From an uncultured Syntrophaceae bacterium (GTDB lineage Bacteria; Desulfobacterota; Syntrophia; Syntrophales; UBA2192): 64,000 bases of DNA. A program made the translations under genes and the position numbers. The stretch spans positions 3,430 to 67,429 of the forward strand of contig CAZPCN010000012.1 of the NCBI GenBank assembly GCA_964585095.1. Reading direction: 5' to 3'. Numbering within the stretch: the first letter of the stretch is position 1; every line of letters begins with the position of its first letter. The notes below the pieces were generated by a model. The model was not told the origin of the DNA. It did no database searches and worked only from the letters and a program-made list of their open reading frames with translations. Below are positions 61,116-64,000 of this stretch, in pieces.

Positions 61116-62550
61116 CGTAAAGCTGCGCCGTCTCGACGAGTTCCGCTGGGAAGTGCCGAAGCAGGGCGCCATGCGCGTCCCGGGGATCATCTACGCCAGC
61201 GGGAAGCTCATGAAGGCCATGGGACAGGACGAAAGCCCGAAACAGGTGGCCAACGTGGCCCAGCTGCCGGGGATCGTGAAGAACTCGCTGGCCATGCCGG
61301 ACATGCACTGGGGTTACGGATTCCCCATCGGCGGCGTGGCCGCCTTTGACATGGAGGGCGGCGTCGTGTCGCCGGGAGGTGTGGGCTACGACATCAACTG
61401 CGGCTGCCGCCTCATGATGACGAACCTCCTCCGCGAGGACGTGCGGCCCAAGCTGGAGAAGATCGTCAACGCCCTCTTCCACCACGTGCCCTCGGGCGTG
61501 GGCTCGAGAGGGTCCCTCAAGCTGCCCCGGGCCGAAGAGAAAAAGGTCCTCGTCGAGGGGGCCCGGTGGGCCGTGAGCAACGGTTACGGATCGCAGGGCG
61601 ACCTGGACTCCATGGAGGACGGGGGCTGCCTTACCGGGGCCGACCCCGAGGCGGTCAGCGAGCGCGCCCTCGAGAGGGGGAAGGACCAGGTGGGCACCCT
61701 CGGGTCTGGCAACCACTTCCTCGAAGTCGAGGTGGTCGAGGAGATCTTCGACCGGGACGCGGCCGCCGCCCTCGGGATCGAGGAGGGCCGGGTGGCCGTC
61801 ATGGTCCACAGCGGCTCGCGGGGCCTCGGGCACCAGGTCTGCGACGACTACCTGGCCAAGCTGGTCAAGCACGTCGACCGGCTGGGGATCACCCTTCCCG
61901 ACAGGCAGCTTGCCTGCGCCTACATCCAGTCCCCGGAAGGACGCCAGTACCTCTCGGCCATGGCCTGCGCGGCCAACTACGCCTGGGCCAACCGGCAGAT
62001 GCTCATGCACTGGACGGGCGAGGCCCTCGAGCGCGCCCTCGGAATGAGCCCCCGCGACTTGGGCATGCGCCTCGTCTACGACGTCTGCCACAACATCGCC
62101 AAGATCGAGGAGCACGTCGTGGACGGCAAGCGGATGACCCTCTGCGTTCACCGCAAGGGGGCCACGCGCGCCTTCCCCCCGGGGCACCCGGCGCTGCCGG
62201 CGAAGTACCGCAAGACGGGCCAGCCCGTTCTGATCCCCGGTGACATGGGCACGGGCTCCTACGTGCTCGTGGGGACCGAGAAGGCCATGGAGCAGACCTT
62301 CGGGAGCACCTGCCACGGCGCGGGGCGCGTGCTGAGCCGGGCCGCGGCGATCAAGGCAAGCAGGGGCCGCGCGATCGGCCGCGAGATGGAGGACCGCGGG
62401 GTCCTCGTCATGGCCGCCGCCAAGGGCACCCTGGCCGAGGAGATCCCCGAGGCCTACAAGAACATCGACGAGGTCGTCAACGTCGTCCACGGCGCGGGGC
62501 TCTCCCGCAAGGTAGCACGGCTCAAGGCCATCGGCTGCATCAAGGGGTAG
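61108..62550 (+). CDS. rtcB: RNA-splicing/repair ligase RtcB
   Basis: MPDMHWGYGFPIGG, GYDINCG, GTLGSGNHF, HSGSRG, HNIA, HRKGA, STCHGAGR, EAYK. Confidence 0.97.
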   Translation: MSDVKLRRLDEFRWEVPKQGAMRVPGIIYASGKLMKAMGQDESPKQVANVAQLPGIVKNSLAMPDMHWGYGFPIGGVAAFDMEGGVVSPGGVGYDINCGCRLMMTNLLREDVRPKLEKIVNALFHHVPSGVGSRGSLKLPRAEEKKVLVEGARWAVSNGYGSQGDLDSMEDGGCLTGADPEAVSERALERGKDQVGTLGSGNHFLEVEVVEEIFDRDAAAALGIEEGRVAVMVHSGSRGLGHQVCDDYLAKLVKHVDRLGITLPDRQLACAYIQSPEGRQYLSAMACAANYAWANRQMLMHWTGEALERALGMSPRDLGMRLVYDVCHNIAKIEEHVVDGKRMTLCVHRKGATRAFPPGHPALPAKYRKTGQPVLIPGDMGTGSYVLVGTEKAMEQTFGSTCHGAGRVLSRAAAIKASRGRAIGREMEDRGVLVMAAAKGTLAEEIPEAYKNIDEVVNVVHGAGLSRKVARLKAIGCIKG

Positions 62551-62690
62551 GAAAAAGACAACAGGAGGGTTCAGATCACCCCCTCCGGCGACCTTTCACG
62601 AAGTCGGCGGCAAGGGTTTTTCGTCGTTCCGGACAGGGGGTCTCCGGATCAGCTTCTGCGGGGCATTCCAGGGCGGCCCGTTTTAAATTC

Positions 62691-62842
62691 CGTTCAACAC
62701 GGTTGAACGTTCCATTCAACGAAACGCCTGTTTTCAGGGCCGCCGATGCAAAGCGCGTTTCCGCGCCCCCGATTATTACTCAAAGATATCGAACAGTTAA
62801 AAAATTTGCATCCTGCCTTTGCGACTTGGCACGATCGTTTCA
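62691..62842 (+). promoter_or_regulatory. Sigma-54-like promoter with upstream palindromes and IHF-like site
   Basis: TGGCACG-ATCG-TTTCA at 62827 (-12 GC is TC); GTTGAA-N7-TTCAAC at 62702-62720 overlapping CGTTCAAC..GTTGAACG; TATCGAACAGTTA at 62787. Confidence 0.5.
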
Positions 62843-62893
62843 ATATCAAAAGGCAAAGATCAGAAATAAACCCGTCGCAAGGAGGACATAGAA

Positions 62894-63169
62894 ATGAAGA
62901 AGTCGCTTTCCATGATGGCCCTGACCGCCCTGATCGTTCTCATCACCGGCACCTTCAGCTACGCAGAGTACGCCGCCGCCGGCCCCGACAACTTCCCCTA
63001 CTTCCACCTCGGCGCCATGGTGATCGGCGGGCTCACGATCCTCTCGCTCAAGCAGAAGTACGAGAAGCTCTACGTGAGCGAGGCCGCCGGCTCCTTCGCC
63101 CTCTACGCGGTGCTGATCGCCCTCTTCACCTCGCCCGTTGCCGACGCGATCAAGAACATGATCGGCTGA
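62894..63169 (+). CDS. Small hypothetical membrane protein (signal-like N-terminus, 2 TM)
   Basis: AAGGAGG RBS; EYAAAGPDNFPYFHLG...SLKQKY...SFALY; C-rich third codon positions. Confidence 0.8.
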   Translation: MKKSLSMMALTALIVLITGTFSYAEYAAAGPDNFPYFHLGAMVIGGLTILSLKQKYEKLYVSEAAGSFALYAVLIALFTSPVADAIKNMIG

Positions 63170-63234
63170 AAGATCCATAAAGGGACAAACGGGCTCCCCG
63201 ACCTCCACGGCGGGGAGCCCGCAGTTTACCGGCC

Positions 63235-63384
63235 ATGAAGAAGCTCGAACAACTCGCGGAAAAAGCGATCCGCACGCTCGGCTCGCAGCCCCTGCTGCTC
63301 CTGCTCGTCGCCGTGTTTGTCATGAGCGGCATGGTCAAGCGGGTCAAGAGAACCCTACCCTCCTGGGCCGTCCAGGCGCTGTAA
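63235..63384 (+). CDS. 49-aa single-TM small ORF (not in the ORF track)
   Basis: Manual translation MKKLEQLAEKAIRTLGSQPLLLLLVAVFVMSGMVKRVKRTLPSWAVQAL*; GC3-rich codons; weak RBS. Confidence 0.55.
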   Translation: MKKLEQLAEKAIRTLGSQPLLLLLVAVFVMSGMVKRVKRTLPSWAVQAL

Positions 63385-63458
63385 CCTTTCCTTTAAGGTC
63401 CCGACAATCCACTGCGCGTCCGTTCATGCGACCGGAAGGCGAGGGGACACATCTTCGG

Positions 63459-64000
63459 TCAGCGTTTCTTTTCGGATCTCCTGATATACTTCCTCGTCCA
63501 AGGGCAGGCCTCGATGCAGATGCCGCAGATCGTCGAGTCGATCCCTGCGGCCTCACAGAACTCCGTCGCCTTGCGGCAGCAGGCGCGGGCGTCGAAGAAC
63601 TCGTCCCTGTAGATCCCCAACGACCAGTTCTTTCCCGAAGGGGCCTTTGCCGGGCAGGCGTCGACACAGGCCGTGCAGGTCCCGCATTGCGACTCGTCGA
63701 GAGGCGTGCCGGTCTCGAGGGGCACATCGGTGAGCACCGTTGTGAGCCGAAAGGCAGAGCCGAAGGGCTTCGTGATCACCAGCGCGTTCTTCCCGATCCA
63801 GCCCAGCCCCGACCGCGTGGCGGCGATTTTGTGGGAGAGACCCGCTCGCAGCCTCACCGCGTCGAACTCCTCCGTCGTGGGCTCGAGGGCAACAGCCGCG
63901 AAACCCCTCTCCTTCAAAAGCCCTGCCGCCCGGTGCGCAAGTGCCGACAGGAGCGCGTTTGCCCTCCCGTATTCCCGGAAGTATTCCGGCGTCGGCCCGT
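63459..64000 (-). CDS. QueG-like 2x[4Fe-4S] reductase family protein (5' end outside the window)
   Basis: Frame open to the edge (GPTPEYFREY...), SHKIAATRSGLGWIGKNALVI, CGTCTACVDACP, CGICIEACP. Confidence 0.85.
   Translation of the reverse strand, partial: GPTPEYFREYGRANALLSALAHRAAGLLKERGFAAVALEPTTEEFDAVRLRAGLSHKIAATRSGLGWIGKNALVITKPFGSAFRLTTVLTDVPLETGTPLDESQCGTCTACVDACPAKAPSGKNWSLGIYRDEFFDARACCRKATEFCEAAGIDSTICGICIEACPWTRKYIRRSEKKR

Overview
GC-rich chromosomal window, most likely from an anaerobic Desulfobacterota/deltaproteobacterium (Syntrophales-like; inferred from gene content, not a database result). It spans the replication origin: rsmG-parA-parB-dnaA-[oriC]-dnaN-gyrB-gyrA, with a parS site about 21 kb upstream. 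Housekeeping content: porC/D/A, recR-ybaB-dnaX-ffs, two tRNA-Ser, tadA, gcvT/H/PA/PB plus a KamA-like radical SAM gene and lipA, degQ, a TolC-MFP-ABC exporter, an LPS cluster (Fe-ADH, kdnA-like, hldD, kdsB), a short S1 paralog and archease-rtcB. The most unusual part is 50.8-56.6 kb: a 943-aa membrane protein fusing an apparently catalytically dead sigma-54 activator AAA+ domain to an MshEN domain and a degenerate PilB/GspE ATPase. It converges on a sigma-54-driven response regulator, which is divergent from a sigma-28 plus c-di-GMP-riboswitch-controlled secreted beta-propeller protein. Other leads: a candidate sigma-54-dependent sRNA beside rtcB, a Kdo8N-type pathway in an anaerobe, a glutamate-2,3-aminomutase-like signature in the gcv operon, two facing unwinding modules at oriC, and several 7/8/9-mer tandem inverted repeats and MITE-like elements. 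No CRISPR array, rRNA, transposase or integrase was seen. Reference motifs are recalled from memory and need alignment checks.
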